Below are positions 1 through 7,657 of a DNA stretch of 32,000 bases, piece after piece. Source of the stretch: Nonlabens ponticola (GTDB taxonomy: Bacteria > Bacteroidota > Bacteroidia > Flavobacteriales > Flavobacteriaceae); NCBI RefSeq assembly GCF_003966335.1, contig NZ_CP034549.1:2580001-2612000 (forward strand). Reading direction: 5' to 3'. The position numbers and the translations under genes were made by a program. Below the pieces are notes generated by a model. It was not told the origin of the DNA, made no database searches, and saw only the letters and a program-made list of their open reading frames with translations. The first letter of the stretch is position 1. Every line of letters starts with the position of its first letter.

Positions 1-1
1 T

Positions 2-2962
2 ACAGGGATATTTCAAGGTCAAGAAATATGTGAGGCTAACTTTACCGTGTACTCACCAGAATTCTTAGCAAAACAGCAAAATATCGCCTTCAATGAGATA
101 GGATATGGTAACCGTTTAACGCTTACCGAAGGTAATCTAGTAGAGAACGTTCAAAACCTTCAATTAGCAAATGGTTTAAAGCCTAGTGAACGTAGCGAGA
201 TAGACAGAAACCATTTAGATTTTACCATAGAGATGGAAACAGGTACAGGTAAAACCTATGTGTATTTGCGTTCTATTATGGAGTTATACACCAAATATGG
301 TTTTTCAAAACATATTATCGTAGTACCATCAATTCCTATCAAAGAAGGTGTGTATAAATCACTTCAAATCACTGAAGACCATTTCAAGCAATTATATGAT
401 AACCTCAACTACAATTTCTTTATATATGACAGTAGTAAACTGAATGAAGTGCGAGACTTTTCTACCAATGATGGTTTATCCATTATGGTCATTAACATTG
501 ATGCGTTTCGCAAAAGCTTTGAAAATCCAGAAGATGCTAAAAAGAAGGCAAACATCATTCATCGTTATAACGATAAGTTAGGATACAAGCCTTTAGACCT
601 CATCAAAAACACAAATCCAGTAGTGTTTATCGATGAACCTCAAAGTACAATGAGTACACCACTGGCTAAAAAGGCTGTGCAAGGTTTAAATCCGTTGGCT
701 ATTCTTCGTTATTCAGCGACACATAAAGAGAAGGTGAATTTAATGTACAAGCTGGATGCAGTAGATGCCTATGACAAAAAGCTGGTAAAGCAAATAGAAG
801 TAGGTTCTATACAGACTGAAGGTATGAATAATCAAGCGTACATACGTTTATTAGAAGTTCGCTCAAGGCGAAATACAATAGAAGCTCGTGTTGAGGTAGA
901 TGTAATGCAAGGTGGAAGCATTCAACGAGTCAAAAAATGGGTAAAGCAAAACCAAGACCTAGAAGAACTTACAGGACGTATTGAATATGAAGGCTACATC
1001 ATCAAAGATATTTACGTAGCCGATGAATACATCGATTTTACAAGTCGTGATGGAGAATTAAAGGTTGGTGAAGCTATTGGTAGTGTAGATGATAAACAAA
1101 TTAAGACCGCTTTGATAAGTAAAACAATCGAAGCACATTTGGATAAGGAATTAGTGCTCAATCCGCAAGGAATAAAGGTGCTCAGTTTATTCTTTATTGA
1201 TTCCGTAGGTAAATATCGAGTGTATGATGAAGAAGGAAATGCCTCTCTAGGGGAATACGCAGAAATTTTTGAAAAGGAATACCAAAAGCTCATCAAGAAA
1301 ACCAAGTATGCAAGCCTGTTTGGAGAAATGAAAGATGTTGAAGTAGATGCTTCAGAAGTTCACAATGGTTATTTTTCTATTGATAAGAAAAGTAAAGCGA
1401 GTAACAAAAAAGAGAAGTTTGAATACTTCAAGGATACCACTGGTAAAGTGAATGCAGATGAGTATACCTATAATCTTATTATGCGTGATAAGGAAAAGTT
1501 ACTGAGTTTTGATTCTAAGTTGCGTTTTATCTTTTCGCACTCAGCATTAAAAGAAGGATGGGATAATCCTAATGTGTTCCAGATATGTACGTTGAAGGAT
1601 GCTGGTAATTCAGACATTAGAAGAAGACAGGAAATTGGTCGAGGTTTACGATTATGCGTAAACCAAGATGGAGAACGTGTATATGGCTTTGAAACCAATA
1701 CATTAACCGTAATGGCTACAGAATCTTATGTGGATTTTGTAGATAACCTTCAGAAGGAAATTGAAGCCGATACAGGAATTAAATTCGGAATTCTGGAATC
1801 ACACAGTTTTAATAATGTCGTTATGAGTATCGATGGTGATGAGGTAGAATATTTAGGTCAAGAAAAATCAGAACAACTTTATGACTTCCTCATCCTAAAA
1901 GGATACATCGATATGAGAGGTAAAGTACAAGATTTACTGCGTATTGCTATAAAAGATGATGCAGTAGAACTTCCTGAAGAATTTACTGAAAGTGAACACG
2001 TAGAAAATCAAATCTTAAGTAATTTAAAAGCAGCAGCTGGAAAACTTCAGATTAAGAATCAGGACGATAAGAAGAAAGTACGAGTAAACAAACGAGTACT
2101 TAACAGTCCAGAATTCAAAGAACTTTGGGAGCGAGTAAAGTATAAGACTACATTCTCAGTAGATTTTGATTCAGATAGCTTAGTGAAGGAGTGTATTAGA
2201 GCTCTAGACGATAGATTAAAGATTACTAGAGGGAAGCTTCATTATACTAAAGTTAAGGTCGCTATGAGTATCGGAGGACTTCAAGTCAATGAAGACCCAA
2301 CTACTTATTTTGAGAATGTTAAAGACGAAGTTGAGGTATTGCCAGATATTGTAGGATACCTTCAAAATGAAACTCAATTAACACGCAAGTCTATTGTTAA
2401 GATACTCACAGAAACCAATAAGTTGGGCTACTTTAAAATAAATCCGCAAAAGTTTATTGAAGGTTGCATTGATATCATTAATGAGCAAATGCGTTTACAT
2501 ATTGTAGATGGTATTCAATACAAAAAGATAGGAGATTCTGAATATTACAGTCAGGAACTTTTTGAAAACGAAGAGCTTTTCGGTTACTTAAAAAGCAACC
2601 TCAGCGAAAGCGAAAAATCACCTTATGATTACGTAGTCTATGATTCAACCGTAGAGTCAAAACTAGCCAATGATTTTGAGAATAGTGATAATATTCCGGT
2701 ATACGCAAAACTCCCAAACTGGTTTAAAATTGACACACCATTAGGAACCTACAATCCAGATTGGGCTATCCTCTGGAAAGATGGCGATGATGAGAAGCTA
2801 TACTTTGTGGTAGAATCCAAAGGAACAACCCTATTCGGTGATTTAAGACCTAAAGAACAAGGTAAAATAGATTGTGGTAAAAAGCATTTCAAAGCTTTAG
2901 ATACAGAAATGATTGTAGCTGCAAGTATGGAGGATGTAACTAATCAGGCTTTGATGGCGTAA
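2..2962 (+). CDS. res: Type III restriction enzyme Res subunit (SF2 helicase plus C-terminal PD-(D/E)xK endonuclease), 5'-partial at the window edge
   Basis: The frame is open from nt 2 (TGIFQGQEICEANFT precedes the GTG at 47), so the gene starts upstream. Helicase motifs are EMETGTGKT (I), FIDEPQ (II), RYSATH (III), KEGWDNPNVFQICTL and QEIGRGLR (VI). C-terminal YNPDW...FVVESKG fits a PD...ExK nuclease. The IEMETGTGKTYVYLR / EGWDNPNVF pair is characteristic of Type III Res proteins. Stop is TAA at 2960-2962. Confidence 0.85.
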   Translation, partial: TGIFQGQEICEANFTVYSPEFLAKQQNIAFNEIGYGNRLTLTEGNLVENVQNLQLANGLKPSERSEIDRNHLDFTIEMETGTGKTYVYLRSIMELYTKYGFSKHIIVVPSIPIKEGVYKSLQITEDHFKQLYDNLNYNFFIYDSSKLNEVRDFSTNDGLSIMVINIDAFRKSFENPEDAKKKANIIHRYNDKLGYKPLDLIKNTNPVVFIDEPQSTMSTPLAKKAVQGLNPLAILRYSATHKEKVNLMYKLDAVDAYDKKLVKQIEVGSIQTEGMNNQAYIRLLEVRSRRNTIEARVEVDVMQGGSIQRVKKWVKQNQDLEELTGRIEYEGYIIKDIYVADEYIDFTSRDGELKVGEAIGSVDDKQIKTALISKTIEAHLDKELVLNPQGIKVLSLFFIDSVGKYRVYDEEGNASLGEYAEIFEKEYQKLIKKTKYASLFGEMKDVEVDASEVHNGYFSIDKKSKASNKKEKFEYFKDTTGKVNADEYTYNLIMRDKEKLLSFDSKLRFIFSHSALKEGWDNPNVFQICTLKDAGNSDIRRRQEIGRGLRLCVNQDGERVYGFETNTLTVMATESYVDFVDNLQKEIEADTGIKFGILESHSFNNVVMSIDGDEVEYLGQEKSEQLYDFLILKGYIDMRGKVQDLLRIAIKDDAVELPEEFTESEHVENQILSNLKAAAGKLQIKNQDDKKKVRVNKRVLNSPEFKELWERVKYKTTFSVDFDSDSLVKECIRALDDRLKITRGKLHYTKVKVAMSIGGLQVNEDPTTYFENVKDEVEVLPDIVGYLQNETQLTRKSIVKILTETNKLGYFKINPQKFIEGCIDIINEQMRLHIVDGIQYKKIGDSEYYSQELFENEELFGYLKSNLSESEKSPYDYVVYDSTVESKLANDFENSDNIPVYAKLPNWFKIDTPLGTYNPDWAILWKDGDDEKLYFVVESKGTTLFGDLRPKEQGKIDCGKKHFKALDTEMIVAASMEDVTNQALMA

Positions 2963-2971
2963 TTTGAAACT

Positions 2972-3550
2972 ATGGAAAAACCAGTAAAAGAAATTAAGGA
3001 GAATTATGCTAAGTATGAGGAGTTATTAGTGAACACTAAGAACACCTCAACAAAAGTTATAGTTCTTGATGAAATTAAAGGAAATCACAAAAATACCAGA
3101 GTTAAAAAAGTGGATGTGGAGCACACTTCCATTCCTGAAACATTGGAATTGATTGTGGAATCTAAGATTGAAAATAAAAAAGATTTTAAATTCAAACTTA
3201 GAGCACCTGAATATACTGGCATACCATTTTTTAGATTCGATTCTGATGGTGTAGCACATTACAATCGAATGCCAGATGTAGAATTACCAAAACAAAAAGT
3301 TGATACACCTCATTTTCATAAGTATGATGATGGAGGTAGAAACATAGCATACAAAACCGAATCATTAAAAAAAGAGACTGAAAAAGAAGCTTTATTGAAT
3401 GATATTAGTTTGTGTATGGCTCATTATTGTGATGAGTCTCAGACTTTTTACAATACTGATAAATATGTCGAAATCGTCCAGACTCCACCTACTGAAATGG
3501 ATTTCGATAGTAATAATGATAACCCAACCGAAGGCGTAGAATATGACTAA
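2972..3550 (+). CDS. Hypothetical protein, 192 aa (cassette gene 1)
   Basis: ATG lies 9 nt after the res stop and the 3' end overlaps the next gene by 8 nt. The N-terminal third is Lys/Glu-rich. The centre carries a His-containing block, FFRFDSDGVAHYN-x17-TPHFHKYDDGG. The C-terminal tail is acidic (TEMDFDSNNDNPTEGVEYD). I cannot assign a family. Confidence 0.6.
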   Translation: MEKPVKEIKENYAKYEELLVNTKNTSTKVIVLDEIKGNHKNTRVKKVDVEHTSIPETLELIVESKIENKKDFKFKLRAPEYTGIPFFRFDSDGVAHYNRMPDVELPKQKVDTPHFHKYDDGGRNIAYKTESLKKETEKEALLNDISLCMAHYCDESQTFYNTDKYVEIVQTPPTEMDFDSNNDNPTEGVEYD

Positions 3551-4370
3551 TCTAGAAAAAATAGTAATGAATGTTCGTCAATGCTTTGACCAATTATGGT
3601 CTTTCAAGCTTAGGGGAACAGACACCATAGAAATAAGTACACCATACTCAACTACCACAAGCAAGTTCGTTTCCATATATGTTACTGAAAGAGGTGGTAA
3701 GTTTATAGTTTCAGATGGAGGGCTTCTTAACAGTGAAGCGTACGAATCTGAAATTGACTATGAGAACCAATGTCTTCTAAAAATATTATATCATTTTGAG
3801 GCGTTTTATGAAGTAAAAAGAACTCAGGATAAAAAAGGCGTAAAGCATTATTACATGACTACTCAGAAAGAAAACCTCATTCCGAATATGGTTTATGAAA
3901 TGGCTCAGTTTGTTTCTATGTGCGCCTCAGCTGCAACAGTTCAATTTGAAGACCCAAAAGAAATAGAAGAAAGGAATAGTTTTAGGACTAAAGCAACTTC
4001 TTATATCAGTAGTAACTTCAAGAAGTATGAGCCTAAATTCAGAGCACCTTTAGATAAGGAGGAATTTCGTTCAGTAAGATTTAGTGTATTAATGGAGAGA
4101 CGAAATAGATTAAACCTTATTAGCTATGTAACAGGTTCTACCGCTGCTAATTTCAGAAATAGCATTGCGAGAGCCAATATGAATTTTGAGATAGCCAGCG
4201 CATCTAAATACAATGACTACATTGATAATAAAATAGTACTCGTAAATAATACCGCAGATGGTTTTGTGCTCAAACAGATAGGGAAGCAACTTAACATTTT
4301 GGAAGAACATACAGGTCAGGAAGCTGTTCAATGGTCTGAACGTGAGAAGTTATTAGCAGTTTTAAATTAG
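3543..4370 (+). CDS. Hypothetical protein, 275 aa (cassette gene 2), possibly DUF1828/DUF1829-like
   Basis: The start overlaps the upstream stop (ATGACTAA). The N-terminal pattern W.F.....DTIEISTPY......FVSIYVTERGGKFIVSDGG resembles what I remember of DUF1828 (TPF..h.D.I.IYV....g.y.lSDdG). This is unverified. No catalytic motif was recognised. Confidence 0.6.
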   Translation: MTNLEKIVMNVRQCFDQLWSFKLRGTDTIEISTPYSTTTSKFVSIYVTERGGKFIVSDGGLLNSEAYESEIDYENQCLLKILYHFEAFYEVKRTQDKKGVKHYYMTTQKENLIPNMVYEMAQFVSMCASAATVQFEDPKEIEERNSFRTKATSYISSNFKKYEPKFRAPLDKEEFRSVRFSVLMERRNRLNLISYVTGSTAANFRNSIARANMNFEIASASKYNDYIDNKIVLVNNTADGFVLKQIGKQLNILEEHTGQEAVQWSEREKLLAVLN

Positions 4371-4375
4371 ATTTT

Positions 4376-6118
4376 ATGACACTTAAATCCATTGAAATAC
4401 GAAATGTAAAAGGAATTGAACACAAGAAATTTGATTTAGATATTGTAGCAAATAAACCCAGCCTTCTTGTAGCTCCCAATGGTTTTGGAAAGAGTTCATT
4501 TACTTGTGGATTTAGTTCAATGAATAACGCTCGTATTGTTTTAAAAGATGAGGATAGATTTCGTGGAGATAACAATAATCATCCAATAATAAACATTGTT
4601 TATGAAAAAGAAGCTGGTAATATACTGAGCTTGTCAGCTACTCACGAATCAAATACTATCAAAGATGAATTTGATTATTTTACTATAAAAAGTACTTTAA
4701 AAGCTAAAGGTTCAGCGTCATTTTATGGTGGAGGTGCTACAGCAAGAATGATTATTGAGACAGTTGTGCTTATTGACACAATACCTCCAAATAGAAACTT
4801 TAATAATTATACAGTAACCGAATTGAGGCAAAGATTTGGAGGATGTGGTAGAGTTTTACCAAATCCAAATGTGGTTTTTGCCAATAGATTATTGGTAGAA
4901 AGACTTTCAGAAAACTATACAACTTTATCAAGAGGTTTTGGTCAGCAGGTAACCAATCGCATCCAGTTGATTATTGATGAAGTGAATGAACAGAATGGTA
5001 CTGCTGCTCAATTAAAGAATTGGATAAACGCAAATTGTATTGAAAGACTCAGGGAAATTAATCACCTATCAACATTAGCAGAAATAATCGGAAATTTTGA
5101 TATTGGTCAGGATAGTGAAGTAGATAACTTTTTATTAGCAATCCAAGTTATTTGGATTTACAATAGGGATGTAGATGCGTTTAAAGCTGCTTGTAAGTAT
5201 AGTAATTATAGAATGGCGAAAGATGAATTTGATATGAACCTTAGCCATTTTGATTCAACTTGGAAAAATATACGCACAACTCAAGAACAAGGAAGGTTGT
5301 TGTTAAAGTTCCCCAGAGCTAATGAAATATCCAATGGGCAGCGTGATATATTATCATTCATAGCTATGCTGTTTAAGGCTAAAATCAAGCTTCGGAAAAA
5401 TGCTAGTATTCTAATTATAGATGAGGTTTTCGATTATTTAGATGATGCTAATTTAGTTGCAGCTCAATATTACGTCACCAATTTTATTAAGGAGTATAAA
5501 GATAAAGGGAGGAAAATATATCCATTGATATTAACTCATTTAAATCCGCTCTATTTTAAAAACTATACTTTCAGTAATCAAAAAACTTATTATTTGGATA
5601 AATCATCAATGCAAGTTATTGATAGTATGAGGCGATTAATTGTTAATCGTAATGATGTCAATATTGCAGATGTAGTTTCTTCAAGACTATTGCATTATCA
5701 CCCAGAAGCTCCTGATAAAAGAGAAGAATTTAGAAACTTGAATATACGTGAGCTTTGGGGTGTTGGAACTACATTTAGAGATTTCACATTTGAGCAAGTA
5801 CAAAATTATATAGAAAATAATGCCTATGACCCTTTTGCAGTATGCTGCGGAGTTCGTGTAAAAGTAGAAATGCTTACTTATGCTAAAATTGATGATGATA
5901 ATAATAGAACCGAATTTTTGACAACAAAGAAAACAAGACCAAAATTAGATTTCGCAAAATCAATAGGTATTATATCACCTGAACCCTATTACCTTTTAGC
6001 AGTAATTTATAATGAAGGGATGCATTGGAAAAATAATGTTGATAATGTTTCACCAATCGCTTCCAAACTTGAAAATCTCACGATTAAGAAAATTATTTCT
6101 GACCTTTTCCAAGCTTAA
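4376..6118 (+). CDS. ABC/SMC-fold (AAA15/AAA21/PrrC-like) ATPase with a ~190-aa uncharacterised C-terminal domain (cassette gene 3)
   Basis: ATG lies 5 nt after the upstream stop. The N-terminus MTLKSIEIRNVKGI...F.L is typical of RecF/SMC-type ATPases. Walker A is APNGFGKSS (aa 33-41, nt 4472-4498). The signature-like motif is SNGQRDILSF, Walker B/D-loop is ILIIDEVFDYLDD, and the H-loop is LILTHLN. The C-terminal domain has R494-x3-E498 and NEGMH550. Confidence 0.8.
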   Translation: MTLKSIEIRNVKGIEHKKFDLDIVANKPSLLVAPNGFGKSSFTCGFSSMNNARIVLKDEDRFRGDNNNHPIINIVYEKEAGNILSLSATHESNTIKDEFDYFTIKSTLKAKGSASFYGGGATARMIIETVVLIDTIPPNRNFNNYTVTELRQRFGGCGRVLPNPNVVFANRLLVERLSENYTTLSRGFGQQVTNRIQLIIDEVNEQNGTAAQLKNWINANCIERLREINHLSTLAEIIGNFDIGQDSEVDNFLLAIQVIWIYNRDVDAFKAACKYSNYRMAKDEFDMNLSHFDSTWKNIRTTQEQGRLLLKFPRANEISNGQRDILSFIAMLFKAKIKLRKNASILIIDEVFDYLDDANLVAAQYYVTNFIKEYKDKGRKIYPLILTHLNPLYFKNYTFSNQKTYYLDKSSMQVIDSMRRLIVNRNDVNIADVVSSRLLHYHPEAPDKREEFRNLNIRELWGVGTTFRDFTFEQVQNYIENNAYDPFAVCCGVRVKVEMLTYAKIDDDNNRTEFLTTKKTRPKLDFAKSIGIISPEPYYLLAVIYNEGMHWKNNVDNVSPIASKLENLTIKKIISDLFQA

Positions 6119-6153
6119 AACTACAATTTAGTTCTGTTTTTCTTTCAAATTAA

Positions 6154-6197
6154 TTTTATAACAAATCGCTAACTAATGTTTGCAATTTGTTATAAAA
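6154..6197. repeat. 13-bp perfect inverted repeat (TTTTATAACAAAT / ATTTGTTATAAAA) with an 18-nt spacer. It could be a weak AT-rich terminator of the cassette or an operator/recombinase site.
   Basis: Arms at 6154-6166 and 6185-6197 were read directly. It sits 36 nt after the ATPase stop and 50 nt before the ATG at 6247. Confidence 0.5.
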
Positions 6198-6246
6198 ACC
6201 TGGTTATTTGTACTTTACAATATTTGAAAGGCAAAAAATCAGAATT

Positions 6247-6546
6247 ATGGAAATCGCAAAAATAATTTTAGGACAAATTAAATATCTAGATAAAATGGCA
6301 CTTATGGCTTGGGGAGCTAGAAACTTTGTAGCACTACCAAAGTCAAAAGAATTTCAAGGTGGTTTACGATTCAAAGTAAATGGTCTTAAACATCAAGGTT
6401 GGGTTACTATAGAGCTTACATATTTAGATGAGTACACGGTAACTTTTATTAATGAAGATGTTGAGGTGGTGAAAGTTCGTCACGGTGTTTATTGTGATAT
6501 GCTTGTAGATGTAATAGACTACATTGAGGGTAAAGAAGCGGCTTAA
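6247..6546 (+). CDS. Hypothetical small protein, 99 aa, translationally coupled to the serine recombinase
   Basis: The ORF track starts at TTG 6208. The in-frame ATG at 6247 (MEIAKIILGQ...) is more plausible. The stop TAA overlaps the recombinase ATG (TAATG at 6544-6548). No recognisable motif. Confidence 0.55.
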   Translation: MEIAKIILGQIKYLDKMALMAWGARNFVALPKSKEFQGGLRFKVNGLKHQGWVTIELTYLDEYTVTFINEDVEVVKVRHGVYCDMLVDVIDYIEGKEAA

Positions 6547-7262
6547 TGAAACAGTTCGTAGCATATTACAGAGTCAGTACGCAAAAGCAAGGGAAATCTG
6601 GGCTTGGTCTTCAAGCTCAGAAAAATGCTGTACTTCATCATACTGGAAGCAAAGGTGAAATCATAGGTGAGTTCACCGAAGTTGAAACAGGAACTCGTAA
6701 AAAGAAGCGCAAAGAAATCTATAAAGCTATTGATTTAGCTAAAAAAGAAAAAGCTACTCTAGTCGTTGCCAAGTTAGATAGACTTTCGAGAGATGTAGAG
6801 TTTACATCGGCTCTCTTTAATGGAGGTATTGATTTTGTTTGTTGTGACAATCCAGAAGCCAATAAACTTACGATTCAATTACTGTCGGTAATTGCAGAAC
6901 ACGAAGCATCGGTCATTTCAACTAGGATTAAAGATGCTCTAAGGGTTAAAAAGGAAAAAATTGCCAGAGGTGACTACACTAATAAGGATGGTTCTCAAAT
7001 GAAAATGGTAAATGGCAAAGTTCGTTTAGGTAACCCGAACGGCTTTGGTGAGTACCAAAAATTAGGAGTTGAGAAGATTAAAGAGAACGCTAGGAACAAT
7101 AAGGCTAACATACAAGCCAAAGACATCATTTGTTCTGCTCGTAAAGAGGGCTTAACCTACCAACAAATAGCCGATAAATTAAATAAATTACAATATACAA
7201 CTAGAACAGGAAAGCAGTTTCACGCCACACAGGTACAAAGATTACATAAAAGGTGTATTTAG
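6546..7262 (+). CDS. Small serine recombinase (resolvase/invertase family) with a C-terminal HTH
   Basis: N-terminal YYRVSTQKQ carries the catalytic Ser context. LVVAKLDRLSRD is a resolvase core motif, followed by VIAEHE. The C-terminal LTYQQIADKLN...TRTGKQFHATQVQRL fits a helix-turn-helix. At 238 aa it is too short for a large serine integrase. Confidence 0.85.
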   Translation: MKQFVAYYRVSTQKQGKSGLGLQAQKNAVLHHTGSKGEIIGEFTEVETGTRKKKRKEIYKAIDLAKKEKATLVVAKLDRLSRDVEFTSALFNGGIDFVCCDNPEANKLTIQLLSVIAEHEASVISTRIKDALRVKKEKIARGDYTNKDGSQMKMVNGKVRLGNPNGFGEYQKLGVEKIKENARNNKANIQAKDIICSARKEGLTYQQIADKLNKLQYTTRTGKQFHATQVQRLHKRCI

Positions 7263-7389
7263 ATATAACACTTCTATATTTATGAATCTATTTCACCATT
7301 CATCACCTGCCTTTACCAAAAGGTATTTGGACATCCGACAAGAGGAGTTGGATGATATTTACATGAGCCTTTAGTACAACTCTATTTGG

Positions 7390-7422
7390 ATGACTGGACA
7401 TGATAAAACCAAGTCCAGTCAT
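7390..7422. terminator. Hairpin between the convergent recombinase gene and the 69-aa ORF (10-bp perfect stem, 13-nt loop)
   Basis: ATGACTGGAC (7390-7399) pairs with GTCCAGTCAT (7413-7422). There is no strong T-tract, so terminator function is uncertain. Confidence 0.35.
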
Positions 7423-7447
7423 GCATATTAATAATGCAAAGTCTCGC

Positions 7448-7657
7448 CTATTCGCTACCTACATACCAATTAGACTGTTCTTCGGCTAGAAACAATTCAG
7501 CCAGTCTATTTTCGCGTTGTAGGAGTAATAATTCGGCTCGCAATGCTTCATAACGATAATCAGCGTTTTCTTCATATTGAATCCTGATATAGTTTACTAG
7601 CAATTCTCTAGTAAAAGGTGTTAAACCTAAATCCATGTACTCTAAATTCTCATTCAT
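7448..7657 (-). CDS. Hypothetical 69-aa protein, predicted helical and acidic
   Basis: ATG-initiated ORF convergent with the recombinase gene, with hairpins directly downstream. There is no similarity I can name, and coding status is unsure. Confidence 0.35.
   Translation of the reverse strand: MNENLEYMDLGLTPFTRELLVNYIRIQYEENADYRYEALRAELLLLQRENRLAELFLAEEQSNWYVGSE

Noticed and set aside
1012-1698. Minus-strand ORFs 1012..1305 and 1468..1698 inside res. Similar antisense or alternate-frame ORFs elsewhere include 3047..3259, 4110..4331, 4291..4575, 8294..8524, 8416..8637, 8887..9135, 9193..9540, 9283..9465, 9723..9908, 10478..10743, 12068..12397, 12768..13070, 13254..13586, 14051..14251, 15252..15440, 16674..16865, 18630..18842, 19313..19504, 22075..22263, 23720..24059, 24413..24694, 25519..25926, 26711..26932, 28886..29487, 30450..30890 and 31009..31260.
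   Set aside because: All are fully embedded in much longer ORFs that have clear family motifs. Their translations are low-complexity or Ser/Cys/Leu-rich shadows with no motifs, as expected by chance opposite long genes.
2-2962. res considered as an orphan or degraded gene, since no mod gene is visible
   Set aside because: mod normally lies immediately upstream of res, which would be off-window. The visible res frame is intact with all helicase and nuclease motifs, so nothing here supports decay.
4376-6118. Assigning the ATPase to PARIS (AriA), Septu (PtuA) or Gabija (GajA)
   Set aside because: The ATPase fold is shared, but I see none of the required partners or fused domains. There is no adjacent DUF4435/Toprim AriB-like gene, no HNH PtuB-like gene and no N- or C-terminal Toprim. 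Naming it would be unsupported without HMM searches.
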